Assembly (NCBI GenBank): GCA_040389905.1
Contig: JAZJZK010000014.1
Coordinates: forward strand, 64,001 to 128,000
Direction of reading: 5' to 3'
Origin: Gemmatimonadota bacterium
GTDB lineage: Bacteria > Gemmatimonadota > Gemmatimonadetes > Gemmatimonadales > Gemmatimonadaceae
DNA: 64,000 nt
The first letter of the stretch is position 1, and each line of letters begins with the position of its first letter. Made by a program: the position numbers and the translations under genes. Below the pieces are notes generated by a model, which saw only the letters and a program-made list of their open reading frames with translations, had not been told where the DNA came from and did no database searches. Below, piece by piece: positions 47,273-56,649 of the stretch.

Positions 47273-49965
47273 TGTCCGAAGTATTTCTTCGCGCGCGGGG
47301 GATGCTTCGCCGCATGTTTCGCCGACGCGAGCTCGAGCACGAAATGCAGGCGGAGATGCGCCAGCATCTCGATTTGGCAACGGAGCGCTTCGCCAAGCGC
47401 GGCCTTTCCCCGGAACGCGCGCGCGAAGCCGCCGCGCGTGAGTTCGGTAGCATTGCATTCCATCAGGAAGAAGGTCGCGACGCACGTGGACTTCGCTGGA
47501 TCGAGTCCGTCGTCGCCGACCTGCGATTCGCTGTCAGGCACTTCGCGCGGAAGCCGCTCGCCTCGATCACGATCGTGGCCGTTCTCGCGGTCGGAATCGG
47601 CGTGCACTCGGCGCTGTTCGCTGTCTTCCAGGCGATCACGCAGCGCGCGGCACCGGGTGTGGAGTCGCGTGCTGATCTCGTGCGGCTCCGCGGCAAGGAA
47701 CAACCGCGTCGGGGCGACCGCTGGTATTCGCGCGGCTTTTCGTATCCGGAATTCCGCGATCTGTCGGAGCAACGACAGCTGTTCACGCTCGTCGCCGGCT
47801 GGACGAGCGAGTCGGTCACGCTCGAGAGCACGAATTCGGACGACGCCCAGAGCGCGCGAGTTCAATTCATCGCTGGCCCCTTCTTCGAGACGGTCGGGGT
47901 GCGTGCCGCGGTTGGCACGCTGATACATCCGTCGCCCCGCGTGGAGGCAGGCGACGACGAGCGCGTTGCCGTGCTCAGTCATGCGCTCTGGCATGGCGCG
48001 TTCGGTGGCGCACCCGATGTCGTGGGCCGCGTGGTGCGGGTGAATGACGTCGCCGTTCGCGTGATCGGCGTCGCGGCTCCCGATTTCAACGGCGCCGTTC
48101 CCACGCCGGGCGCGCAAACGCTCTGGATGCCGCTGTCCGCACGCAATGCGGTGATGCGCAGCGACGCTCAGTCCCTATTCAGCCGCGACACCAGCATCCT
48201 GTCCGCGATCGCCCGACTTGCCCCCGGTGTGACGATCGAGCGGGCAGACGGTGTGGTTCGCGTCCTCGCGGCGCGAGCCGCTGCGCAGATGGCTCCACTT
48301 CAGACGGACGGAATGCGCGATGCTGACGTCGTTCCCCTGAGCGGCGACACCGAGCTTCCCGCCGACACCAACGGCATCTTCCTGGTCCTCGTGCTCGGCG
48401 TCGGCGCGGCGCTGATTCTGGTCCTCGCATGCACGAACGTGAGCGCGCTCGTCGTCGGCGCCGGCATCGCGCGCCGGCAGGAGATTACCGTGAGACTGTC
48501 GCTCGGTGCGTCGCGTGCGCGCATCGTGCGCCAGCTCGTGACGGAGAGTTGCCTGCTCGCCGTGGCTGGTGGGCTGCTCGGCCTTGTGATCTTTGCGTCG
48601 GTCACGCGCGTACTCGCGACGCAGTATCCGGAGATGAACCTCGCTCCCGATTTCGGCACCGTCGCCTTCACGCTGCTGTTTGCACTTGGCACGGGCGTCG
48701 TGTTTGGCCTGTCGCCGGCGCTCCACGCCACGCGCCGGGATCTCGCCAGCGTGTTGAAGAGTTCGAGCGCCGGTGCGACCGGGCGCTCTCGATTGCAGTC
48801 CGCTTTTGTGGTGGTGCAGATCGCTGTCACGCAGCCGCTGCTCGTGGGCTTGTGCCTGGTGCTCCTGCTCGCGATTCAGGATGGCGGCGCGACCATTTCC
48901 GAGGATCTAACGAATCACTTGATTCGTGCGCGTTTCGACCTCGACAGGCCGACCCCGCGCGTCGAGGAGGAACTCCGGGCAGCGATGCGCGACTTGACAT
49001 CGATGCCCGGAGTCGCCGGCGTCGTGCGCGAAGCCGTCGGCATTGCGCTGGTCGATCTCACCATCGCGGCGGACAGCGATACGGGGGCCGTATCTTCAGA
49101 TGCGCCGGTGAGCGTGCATGTCGAGGCGACGAGCCCTGGGTATTTCGCACTGCTCGATGTGCCGATGGTCCGCGGCCGCGAGCTCGAGGCAAGTGACTCC
49201 AGTTCGCGCGACCTCGCTGTCGTCATTGGCAGCGATCTCGCGCTCCGGCTCTGGCACGGTCAGGATCCCATCGGCAAGCGTCTTACGCAAACCACGCGCG
49301 GACGGGTGCTCGATCGTCGCGCAGTAGTCGTCGGCGTGTTCGATGCGCGCAAACAGACAACGCGTGGTGCTGAACTGCGCGTCTTCGCGATCCGCGCTGG
49401 TGCGCGACGGGACCATACGTACCTGGTGCGAACGTCCGAGCCGGCGGCTGCCATGGTCAAGCCACTTCGTGCGCACATGCGGGAGGCGATGCCGAGGCTT
49501 GCCGTCGGGCAGTTCCAGACGTTTGCCGACATCATCGCGAATGGATTGCAGGAGGTGCGCGTGCTGAGCAGCGGCGTAACGGCGGCGACGCTGGCGGCGC
49601 TCTTTCTCGCGTCGCTCGGACTCTACGGCGTCGTGGGTCTGGCGGTCGCGCAGCGCAACCGGGAGATCGGTATCCGCATGGCGCTCGGCGCGCGCGCTGG
49701 TGAGGTCGTGATGCTGTTGTTTCGAGTTGGACTGCGGCTCGCGGTGCTCGGACTGCTGATCGGATTGCCGTTGAGTGTTGCCGTCCTTCAGCTGGTGTCG
49801 AAGGAAATTGGAACGGGGGCGGTCATCGGTAATGCGATGACGTCAGCGCCGATTATCGGCCTGCTGGTCGCCGTCACCGTGCTGATCGTCGCTGCGACGG
49901 CCACGTGGATTCCGGCGCGCAGGGCGGCGCATGTCGAGCCGATGATCGCGCTTCGCGCCGAGTAG
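47269..49965 (+). CDS. ADOP-type duplicated MacB-like orphan permease
   Basis: Permease prefix (ELEHEMQAEMRQHL...AAREFG), two FtsX halves, REIGIRMALGA, ends ALRAE; ATGA coupling to padR. Confidence 0.9.
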   Translation: MMSEVFLRARGMLRRMFRRRELEHEMQAEMRQHLDLATERFAKRGLSPERAREAAAREFGSIAFHQEEGRDARGLRWIESVVADLRFAVRHFARKPLASITIVAVLAVGIGVHSALFAVFQAITQRAAPGVESRADLVRLRGKEQPRRGDRWYSRGFSYPEFRDLSEQRQLFTLVAGWTSESVTLESTNSDDAQSARVQFIAGPFFETVGVRAAVGTLIHPSPRVEAGDDERVAVLSHALWHGAFGGAPDVVGRVVRVNDVAVRVIGVAAPDFNGAVPTPGAQTLWMPLSARNAVMRSDAQSLFSRDTSILSAIARLAPGVTIERADGVVRVLAARAAAQMAPLQTDGMRDADVVPLSGDTELPADTNGIFLVLVLGVGAALILVLACTNVSALVVGAGIARRQEITVRLSLGASRARIVRQLVTESCLLAVAGGLLGLVIFASVTRVLATQYPEMNLAPDFGTVAFTLLFALGTGVVFGLSPALHATRRDLASVLKSSSAGATGRSRLQSAFVVVQIAVTQPLLVGLCLVLLLAIQDGGATISEDLTNHLIRARFDLDRPTPRVEEELRAAMRDLTSMPGVAGVVREAVGIALVDLTIAADSDTGAVSSDAPVSVHVEATSPGYFALLDVPMVRGRELEASDSSSRDLAVVIGSDLALRLWHGQDPIGKRLTQTTRGRVLDRRAVVVGVFDARKQTTRGAELRVFAIRAGARRDHTYLVRTSEPAAAMVKPLRAHMREAMPRLAVGQFQTFADIIANGLQEVRVLSSGVTAATLAALFLASLGLYGVVGLAVAQRNREIGIRMALGARAGEVVMLLFRVGLRLAVLGLLIGLPLSVAVLQLVSKEIGTGAVIGNAMTSAPIIGLLVAVTVLIVAATATWIPARRAAHVEPMIALRAE

Positions 49966-50049
49966 GATCGCGACTCGGTTCATAATTCGCACGATCGATG
50001 CGCCGGCACATTGAACGCGGATTGAGCGGATGGAAAAGAAGAACGCTGA

Positions 50050-51054
50050 TTAATCGCTCGAGATCCACTCTGGATACGCGCGCCGCGTTCGCAGGACGGA
50101 ATCCTCCGCGCGGTAGCCGGGCCGGCGAAAGAGCAACGCATGCATGAAGCCATTCATCTCGCCGATCATCTCCGTGTGGAGAATACGATTGGCGGGATTC
50201 GGATGGAGGAGGATTTCAATCTGCGTGTCGCGATAGCGAAGGAATTCCCCCAGCGAATCGGCGGTGAGCGCGTAGGACGCTTGCAGGTCCGCGAGCATGC
50301 GATGCGAGGCGCGCCACGTCCCGCCCGAGTCTGACACGACCTTCTTGCCGTCGAGCATGATCTCGCGGTCGTCGTACGCAAGAGAGACCAACGTGTGCTC
50401 CGGCGCGCGACGCAGCCATTCCATGATCGCCCGCCCGTGTCGCGCTTCGTAGCTGTAGTTGCTGTCGAGAAACGCGATACGCTCGAGCCAATCAGGCAGC
50501 GACTGCTGCCCATCGATGAAGCCCCACGCGAACGAACCTCCACCGCTGTGGCCCGTGAGTGTCACCGCGAGACGCTCTGGATTGCCAATTTCAGCGCGTA
50601 GCTGGTCGACAATCGACACGATTCGTGGATTCGCGCTCTCGTACCCGTGCCGGCTTCGCCACTCGGGCCAACTCTTGCGGTCGGCCTCGAGGTAGACGAT
50701 GATCGCCTGACTCAGCCCCCGGGCGCGCAGCGCGCGGGTCTGCGCGCCGATGTGCTGGATGTCGTACCGCCAGCCGACGCCGTCGGCCAACAGGCGTCCC
50801 ATCGTTTCAGCCGTGGAGTTGCCGTTGGGGAGTGCGTAGAGAATCAGATCGACGCGCTGTCGTCCATCCAACTGCGATGGCGCGACAATCGTTGCCGTGA
50901 CGCCCGGGTCGAACTGAATGACACGGACGCGTTCACCAAATTGCTCGGCCGGAGTGAACCCGGACAACTCGAGTGCGCTTGGTGGCGGCGCGCACGCAGC
51001 GAGCGTCAGGGTGATTGCCACCACGGGAAGCAAAGAAGCGAAAGAAGTACGCAT
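50050..51054 (-). CDS. Hypothetical lipoprotein, probable alpha/beta hydrolase fold
   Basis: LAAC lipobox; LTGHSGGG nucleophile elbow; FLDSNY. Confidence 0.7.
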   Translation of the reverse strand: MRTSFASLLPVVAITLTLAACAPPPSALELSGFTPAEQFGERVRVIQFDPGVTATIVAPSQLDGRQRVDLILYALPNGNSTAETMGRLLADGVGWRYDIQHIGAQTRALRARGLSQAIIVYLEADRKSWPEWRSRHGYESANPRIVSIVDQLRAEIGNPERLAVTLTGHSGGGSFAWGFIDGQQSLPDWLERIAFLDSNYSYEARHGRAIMEWLRRAPEHTLVSLAYDDREIMLDGKKVVSDSGGTWRASHRMLADLQASYALTADSLGEFLRYRDTQIEILLHPNPANRILHTEMIGEMNGFMHALLFRRPGYRAEDSVLRTRRAYPEWISSD

Positions 51055-51076
51055 AGGAAGAAGATATGCGCCGCAA

Positions 51077-51097
51077 CTACGCTCGCTCGGGGTGACA
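51077..51097. repeat. Family 2 element remnant forming the 3' end of the AKR fusion gene
   Basis: CTACGCTCGCTCGGGGTGACA against CTTCGCTCGCTCGGGGTGACA at 26724-26744 (20/21 identical). Confidence 0.7.
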
Positions 51098-52900
51098 TGT
51101 CCAAAAGGATGCCGAGGGCTCGAAACGAGCACCGATTCGCTCCGCCATTGTTCGATCGGCCGCTGAGCTACCCACGACGATGGAATGTGTCAGCGACACA
51201 CCGCGCTGCTTCGCTAACTCGAGCACGGAGCCGGGTATCGGTTTGCGACACCAGCACGCCGGCGGACCGGCGTCGTGGGGACAACAGGCGGCGCCAGAAT
51301 CGATTCCGAGTAGCGTTTGCAGTCGTGCAACGCACGCGTCCACCTCCTCGCGCGTCGTCACACCGCGCGAAACCTGCGGCCGCCAGGCGTGCACGAAGAG
51401 CAGCCAACCGTCGTCGGAATACCGGCGGAGCACCGCGCACCGGTCTTCGTCAATTTTCACATCTGCCGCGCGCAGCACCGGATCGACGGTACCCACCAGA
51501 TCGTCGAAATCGAAGATCAACCCCGGCGTTCCCGTGCTTCCGCCCGTGCGAACGAACGTGTGCTCCTCGATTGAGACAAACCCTTCGTCGAGCGCTGGCG
51601 GCTCGAGTATCCGCTCATAGCGAAACTGTGCGTCCGGCGAGAGATAGCGCGTGTCCGCCTTCCCGAGCGCGCGAATATCCTCTGGTGTCGGAAGGCCGCC
51701 GTGTACGTCGAGCATTCGCAGGATGCTGTTGATCTGTGCATTCGGGACGTCCGTCGCCATCCAGATGCAGCGCGCCGGCACACCACGCGCCCAGGCCGTC
51801 TCGACGATCTCATTCCGTGAGGCGCGGGTTGGATACGTGTTGTCGAGCACCACGCGGCGACTCCCACCTGCGAGCAACGAATCGAGGCGCGGTGCGAGAT
51901 CGGCAAGTGACCCACCCAGCGCGTCGCGATTGAGCCGCGCATAGCCGGCCCCTTCGAGATCGCGAGCGAAGACCGTCTTCCCCGCCCCAGGGCTTCCCAT
52001 CACGATCACGACATCACCCTCCGCGTCGTCCGCTGGTCGCCGCTCGACGCGCGGAATGCGGAGCAGGCGGCCGGAGAACTCCGCGTCGAGCGCATGGCAG
52101 TCTTCGTCATCGAGTTCGATGCCGAGCGCGCGAGCCAGCGATGTCGCCGTCTCGACCCGACTCGCTCCAGGAATCGGCACGACACCGTCTCCGAAGGTCA
52201 TGAGCCACGCGAGTACCACCTCCTCCTTCGATGCCGCATGCTTGCCTGCGACGCGTGTCACGACGGCATTCTTGCCGAGACGCTTGATCCGATCGCCACC
52301 CAACGGCCGATGGGCGATCACTCGTATACCGTTGTCTCGGCAGTATTCTGCGACGCCGTTCCGCAGATTCTCGGCGTCGAGCGGCGAGAGACTCACCTGT
52401 ACCGCGTCGACCTCCGTGACCGACTGCGCGGCTTTGATTTGCGTCACCGTGACGTTGCACAGTCCGACCGCGCGTATTTTTCCCTCTTCCCGCAACCGGG
52501 CAAGTGCGCGCACGCTGGTCTCGATCTGGGTTTTCGGATCGACCGCGTGGAGCTGATAGAGGTCGATCACATCCACACCGAGCGCTCGGCGGCTCGCCTC
52601 GCAGGCATCCCGGATGTGTGTTGCACGGCCATCGGGAACCCATGAACCGTTGGGGCGCCGCATCCCACCCTTGGTCGCCACCGTGATCCGCGCCCGCTCG
52701 CCCACCCAGCCATCGAGCGCACGTGCGATCACGCGCTCGTTGTGTCCGACGTCGGCTTCGGTGTGACCGTAGGCGTTCGCGGTGTCGAGCAGCGTCGCGC
52801 CGGCATCGAGCGCCGCGCGAATAACGGCGACCGCATTGTCATCGTCGCGCGTTGCGGCCGTCGACAGCCGCATGCACCCAAGCCCGATCGTTCGACCCAT
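51077..52900 (-). CDS. Aldo/keto reductase fused to a P-loop kinase (PNK/AAA_33-like) and a HAD (GmhB/HisB-like) domain
   Basis: GLGCMRLS, LDTANAY, ATKGG, YQLH; GSPGAGKT, LNRD, VLDNT; IFDFD, CPH...CWCRKPIPG. Confidence 0.85.
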   Translation of the reverse strand: MGRTIGLGCMRLSTAATRDDDNAVAVIRAALDAGATLLDTANAYGHTEADVGHNERVIARALDGWVGERARITVATKGGMRRPNGSWVPDGRATHIRDACEASRRALGVDVIDLYQLHAVDPKTQIETSVRALARLREEGKIRAVGLCNVTVTQIKAAQSVTEVDAVQVSLSPLDAENLRNGVAEYCRDNGIRVIAHRPLGGDRIKRLGKNAVVTRVAGKHAASKEEVVLAWLMTFGDGVVPIPGASRVETATSLARALGIELDDEDCHALDAEFSGRLLRIPRVERRPADDAEGDVVIVMGSPGAGKTVFARDLEGAGYARLNRDALGGSLADLAPRLDSLLAGGSRRVVLDNTYPTRASRNEIVETAWARGVPARCIWMATDVPNAQINSILRMLDVHGGLPTPEDIRALGKADTRYLSPDAQFRYERILEPPALDEGFVSIEEHTFVRTGGSTGTPGLIFDFDDLVGTVDPVLRAADVKIDEDRCAVLRRYSDDGWLLFVHAWRPQVSRGVTTREEVDACVARLQTLLGIDSGAACCPHDAGPPACWCRKPIPGSVLELAKQRGVSLTHSIVVGSSAADRTMAERIGARFEPSASFWTCHPERA

Positions 52901-52931
52901 CGATGACAGTTGTCTGTGGGTCGAGCGTTCG

Positions 52932-53921
52932 TCAAGCCGGCTGGAGCGCCCCGGCTTCGATGACCCGAATGAATTCGGAAACGAGCGCTTCGTCCATCCG
53001 CCCGCAGCGAGCATCCTCGCGCAGTTCGGCGAAGGCGTGATCGAGCGTGGCTGGCGCCCGATACGGGCGCAGCGACGTCATCGCGTCGAAGGCATCGGCG
53101 ATTGAAACGATCTGCGCGAGCACCGGAACGGCGGATCCCTTGAGCCCATCCGGATAGCCACTGCCGTCGAGCCGTTCGTGATGATGCCGAACGATCGGGC
53201 GCACCGCGGCGAGGCTCTTCAGATTGCCGCAGAGCCGCTCACCGATGACGGTATGCTCCTGCATGAGCAGGTACTCCTCGCGCGAGAGCTTGCCGGGCTT
53301 GAGCAGCACGGAGTCGGGAATCCCGATCTTGCCGACGTCGTGGAGGTAACCGCCCCTCGACAGCGCAGCAATTTCGCCGTTGCTCATGCCGCACGCCGCG
53401 CCGAGCGCCATCGAGTACTTTGCCAACCGCTGGCAGTGTCCGTCGGTGCCGGAATCTCGTGCCTCGACCGTGAGCGCGAGACTCACGATGACGCTCTCCG
53501 CAGAGTCCAACTCGTCCGTGGCGTGCTTCAACCGAACGAGCGCGCGGATGCGCGCTTTCAGCTCTTCGTGATCGAACGGTTTGGTGAGAAAGTCATCCGC
53601 GCCGGCGTTGATCCCCTCGAGGCGATGCTCGCGCGCGCCCAGTCCCGTGATGAGGACGATGGGGATAAGTCGCGTCGATGCGTCGTCCTTGAGTTGGCGG
53701 CAGACATCGATGCCGGTGACTTTCGGCAACATCCAGTCGAGGAGGATGACGTCCGGCGGCTGTGCGCCAACAGCTGAGAGCGCCGCTTCGCCATCGTGGA
53801 CGGCGCTCACCACAAAACCGTCCATGGTGAGCAGGCGGCTCAGGAGCCGCGCGTTCTGTGGATCGTCCTCGACCACCAGCACGCGGCCTCGCGTGCCACC
53901 TGTCGCCGCATCGTGGCTCAT
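52932..53921 (-). CDS. REC + HD-GYP cyclic-di-GMP phosphodiesterase (RpfG-like)
   Basis: VVEDD, LLDWMLP, LHDVGKIGIPD, HHERLDGSGYPDGL. Confidence 0.93.
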   Translation of the reverse strand: MSHDAATGGTRGRVLVVEDDPQNARLLSRLLTMDGFVVSAVHDGEAALSAVGAQPPDVILLDWMLPKVTGIDVCRQLKDDASTRLIPIVLITGLGAREHRLEGINAGADDFLTKPFDHEELKARIRALVRLKHATDELDSAESVIVSLALTVEARDSGTDGHCQRLAKYSMALGAACGMSNGEIAALSRGGYLHDVGKIGIPDSVLLKPGKLSREEYLLMQEHTVIGERLCGNLKSLAAVRPIVRHHHERLDGSGYPDGLKGSAVPVLAQIVSIADAFDAMTSLRPYRAPATLDHAFAELREDARCGRMDEALVSEFIRVIEAGALQPA

Positions 53922-53924
53922 TTC

Positions 53925-55943
53925 CTACGTCTCCTCGATCGCCCGCGGCAGGAAGATCCTGAACCGCGTTCCATTCCCCTGCTTGCTCCGAACCGATATC
54001 TCTCCCCCACTCTGCTTGACAATACCGTATACGGTGGCAAGACCCAAGCCCGTCCCCTTGTCGGCCGCCTTCGTGGAGAAGAACGGTTCGAAAATGCGGG
54101 CCTTGGTCGCACTGTCCATGCCGATTCCCGTGTCGGTGACGCTCAACAGGACGTACTCGCCGGCGGCTCCCAGCGAATTTGCCGTCGCTTGTGCGTCGTC
54201 GTAGGTGGCATTCGCCGTCTCGACCGTAAGCAATCCTCCGTCTGGCATGGCGTCACGCGCGTTCACGCAGAGGTTCACCACAACCTGCTGGATCTGGCTC
54301 GGATCGGCGCGCACCGCCCACAGATCGTTCGCCAACACGGCGGAGTATGTAACGGAGGTACCCATGAGCCGTTTCACCATATTGCCCATTCCGCCGATGA
54401 TGTCATTCAGCACGAGCCGCTTTGTGGTGATGGTCTGCTGTCGGCTGAACGCGAGCAACTGGCGTGTCAACGCGGCCGCCTGTTGCGCCGCAGCCAGAAT
54501 TTCTCCCGCGTCCTCGCGAATGGCGTCATCGGCGGTCGCGCTTCCGCGAATCAACTCGGCATAACCTGAAATTGCGCTCAGCACGTTGTTGAAGTCGTGC
54601 GAGATGCCGCTCGCCAACCGGCCGACGGCCTCGAGCCGCTGCGTCTGACGAATCGCCGCCTCGCGCCGGCGGCGCTCGATGGCGGCACCGAGCACATGTG
54701 CAATCGCCTGGAGGAAATGCACGTCATCGACGCCGAAATCGCGCGGCGGGATGTCGTGCGCCATCAGCGCGCCAAGCGGGCGAACTTCGCCAGGAATGAC
54801 GACCGCCACTCCGCACGTGATGCCGAACTCCTGTGCGCGTGGCGACACGCCGAACTGACGCTCCGCTTCAAGGCTGGAGAGGATCGTGGGCGCGTTGTGC
54901 AGGACGGTGTAACCCATCTGCGTACTGTCGTCGATGGGCACGATCACGCCCTCCTGCGGCGCGGGACCCCAACCGCGACCCGCCACCACGATGAGCGAGA
55001 CGCCGTCGGTCCGACGCTCGAGCACGGTCGTGTACGGCAATTCGAGCGTATCGGCAACGAGGCCTGCCGCCTCGTCGAACAGAACGCCGAGATCGTCCGT
55101 GGCCAGGGCGCGCTGGCCGAACGCTGCAACGACGGTCTGCTGCCGCTCCCTCGCACGAAGCCCACGTTCTGCGTTCTTGCGATCAGTGATGTCGAGCACG
55201 AAGCTGACGCCTCGGTCCTTCTGACGCGACAGCGTCGCCGAGCCGATCAGCACGGGAATGCGCTTCCCGTGTGCGGTGAAGAATTCCTTCTCGAACGGCG
55301 CGATGAGGCCATCTTCCGTCAGAGCGTCGAGTTTTTCCTCATCGAGCGCCGCGAACTCAGGAGGCGTGAGCTCAGTCCACCGCAGGTTGCCGGCTTCGAG
55401 TTCCCCACGAGTTCGGCCGAGCATGCGCAGAAAGGCTTCATTCGCATCGTAGATCGAGCCATCTGAATCCCAGAACATGATACCGATCATGTCCGATTCG
55501 ACGACGCGTCGGAATCGCTCGTCCGAGTCCCGCAGCTTCCCCTCGGCCAGGCGGCGCTGCCACCGCTCGTTCGCCACAGAGACGACGTGCAGCAACTGTT
55601 CGACCTTGACCGGCTTCAACAGGTAATCGACGCTGTGTTCTCGCAGTGCGGCAACGGCGCTCTCAATGCTCGCATTGCCCGTCAGAACAACGACCTCCGT
55701 CAGTTCAGAGAGGGCATGCAGCCGCGAGACGACTTCCATGCCATCCATGTCCGGCAGCCGAAGATCGACCACGGCGAGGACCGGCTCGTTGAGCTGGGCC
55801 ATCTCGAGCCCTTCGCGTCCGCTGCCCGCCGTTGACGACGCGTAGCCATGCAGATCGAGAATGTCCGAGAGCGTGCGTGTCAGCGACGGATCGTCATCGA
55901 CCACGAGCACACGGGGACGATCGTCAAGGCTAACGAATGGCAT
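53925..55943 (-). CDS. Cytoplasmic histidine kinase (REC-PAS-GAF-HisKA-HATPase)
   Basis: VVDDD...VVDLRLP; PAS; GAF; SHDFNN, NARDAM, GTGLGL. Confidence 0.92.
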   Translation of the reverse strand: MPFVSLDDRPRVLVVDDDPSLTRTLSDILDLHGYASSTAGSGREGLEMAQLNEPVLAVVDLRLPDMDGMEVVSRLHALSELTEVVVLTGNASIESAVAALREHSVDYLLKPVKVEQLLHVVSVANERWQRRLAEGKLRDSDERFRRVVESDMIGIMFWDSDGSIYDANEAFLRMLGRTRGELEAGNLRWTELTPPEFAALDEEKLDALTEDGLIAPFEKEFFTAHGKRIPVLIGSATLSRQKDRGVSFVLDITDRKNAERGLRARERQQTVVAAFGQRALATDDLGVLFDEAAGLVADTLELPYTTVLERRTDGVSLIVVAGRGWGPAPQEGVIVPIDDSTQMGYTVLHNAPTILSSLEAERQFGVSPRAQEFGITCGVAVVIPGEVRPLGALMAHDIPPRDFGVDDVHFLQAIAHVLGAAIERRRREAAIRQTQRLEAVGRLASGISHDFNNVLSAISGYAELIRGSATADDAIREDAGEILAAAQQAAALTRQLLAFSRQQTITTKRLVLNDIIGGMGNMVKRLMGTSVTYSAVLANDLWAVRADPSQIQQVVVNLCVNARDAMPDGGLLTVETANATYDDAQATANSLGAAGEYVLLSVTDTGIGMDSATKARIFEPFFSTKAADKGTGLGLATVYGIVKQSGGEISVRSKQGNGTRFRIFLPRAIEET

Positions 55944-56649
55944 CGAGCACTCGCTTCACGTCTTCGATCGCAAAGGGCTTCTGGAGGTACGCGTGAATCC
56001 AGTCCGACGGGATCGTTCCATCGAGCTCTTTGCCGGCGCCGGCCAGGCCACTGTACAGAATGAGGGCCGTCGCTGGATCGGCGCGATGGACCGTGGCTAC
56101 CGCGGTATGTGTCTCGATCGACGGCAGATGCATATGCAGCAACACCGCGACCGGATGACGGGCTTCCATCAATCGGGTCGCCTCGGCGAGATCCGCTGCC
56201 ACGGTCGTTTCGAGGCCGCATAGCGCCAGGACCTCGGAGAGCGTCTTCAGGAAGGCTGCGTCGTGATCCACGACCAGTATGGGCTTTCGTTGCTCGAGTT
56301 GCGCGGTGATCAGCGTGATGAGAGCGCGCAGGTCAACCGGCTTCGGCATGATGCGCACAGCTCCCTCGCGTTTCGCTTCTTCGAGGAGTTCCTGTTCGGC
56401 GTACGCGGTCATGAGAATGACACGAACGTTCGGACGCGCAGCTTTCATCGCCTTGAACGCCGCCACCCCGTTCATTCCGGGCATTTTCACGTCCATCAGT
56501 ACGACGTCGAATGGGCGAGCCGATACGTGCTCGACCGCATCGCGTCCCGAGAGCGCTCGGGTCACCTCCCAGCCGCTGAGCGCGAGCACGTCCGAAAGGG
56601 TCCTAACCATCGATTGGTCGTCGTCGACCACGAGGGCGCACGGCGTCAT
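55930..56649 (-). CDS. Tandem receiver-domain protein; second REC degenerate
   Basis: REC1 VVDDD/LMDVKMP/KP; REC2 VVDHD/LLHMHLP/KPF. Confidence 0.88.
   Translation of the reverse strand: MTPCALVVDDDQSMVRTLSDVLALSGWEVTRALSGRDAVEHVSARPFDVVLMDVKMPGMNGVAAFKAMKAARPNVRVILMTAYAEQELLEEAKREGAVRIMPKPVDLRALITLITAQLEQRKPILVVDHDAAFLKTLSEVLALCGLETTVAADLAEATRLMEARHPVAVLLHMHLPSIETHTAVATVHRADPATALILYSGLAGAGKELDGTIPSDWIHAYLQKPFAIEDVKRVLDAIR

Noticed and set aside
43611..47485. 426-aa extended versions of the NUDIX and DoxX ORFs
   Set aside because: The extensions lie antisense to the oxidoreductase and padR genes; family homology starts at 43610 and 46630.
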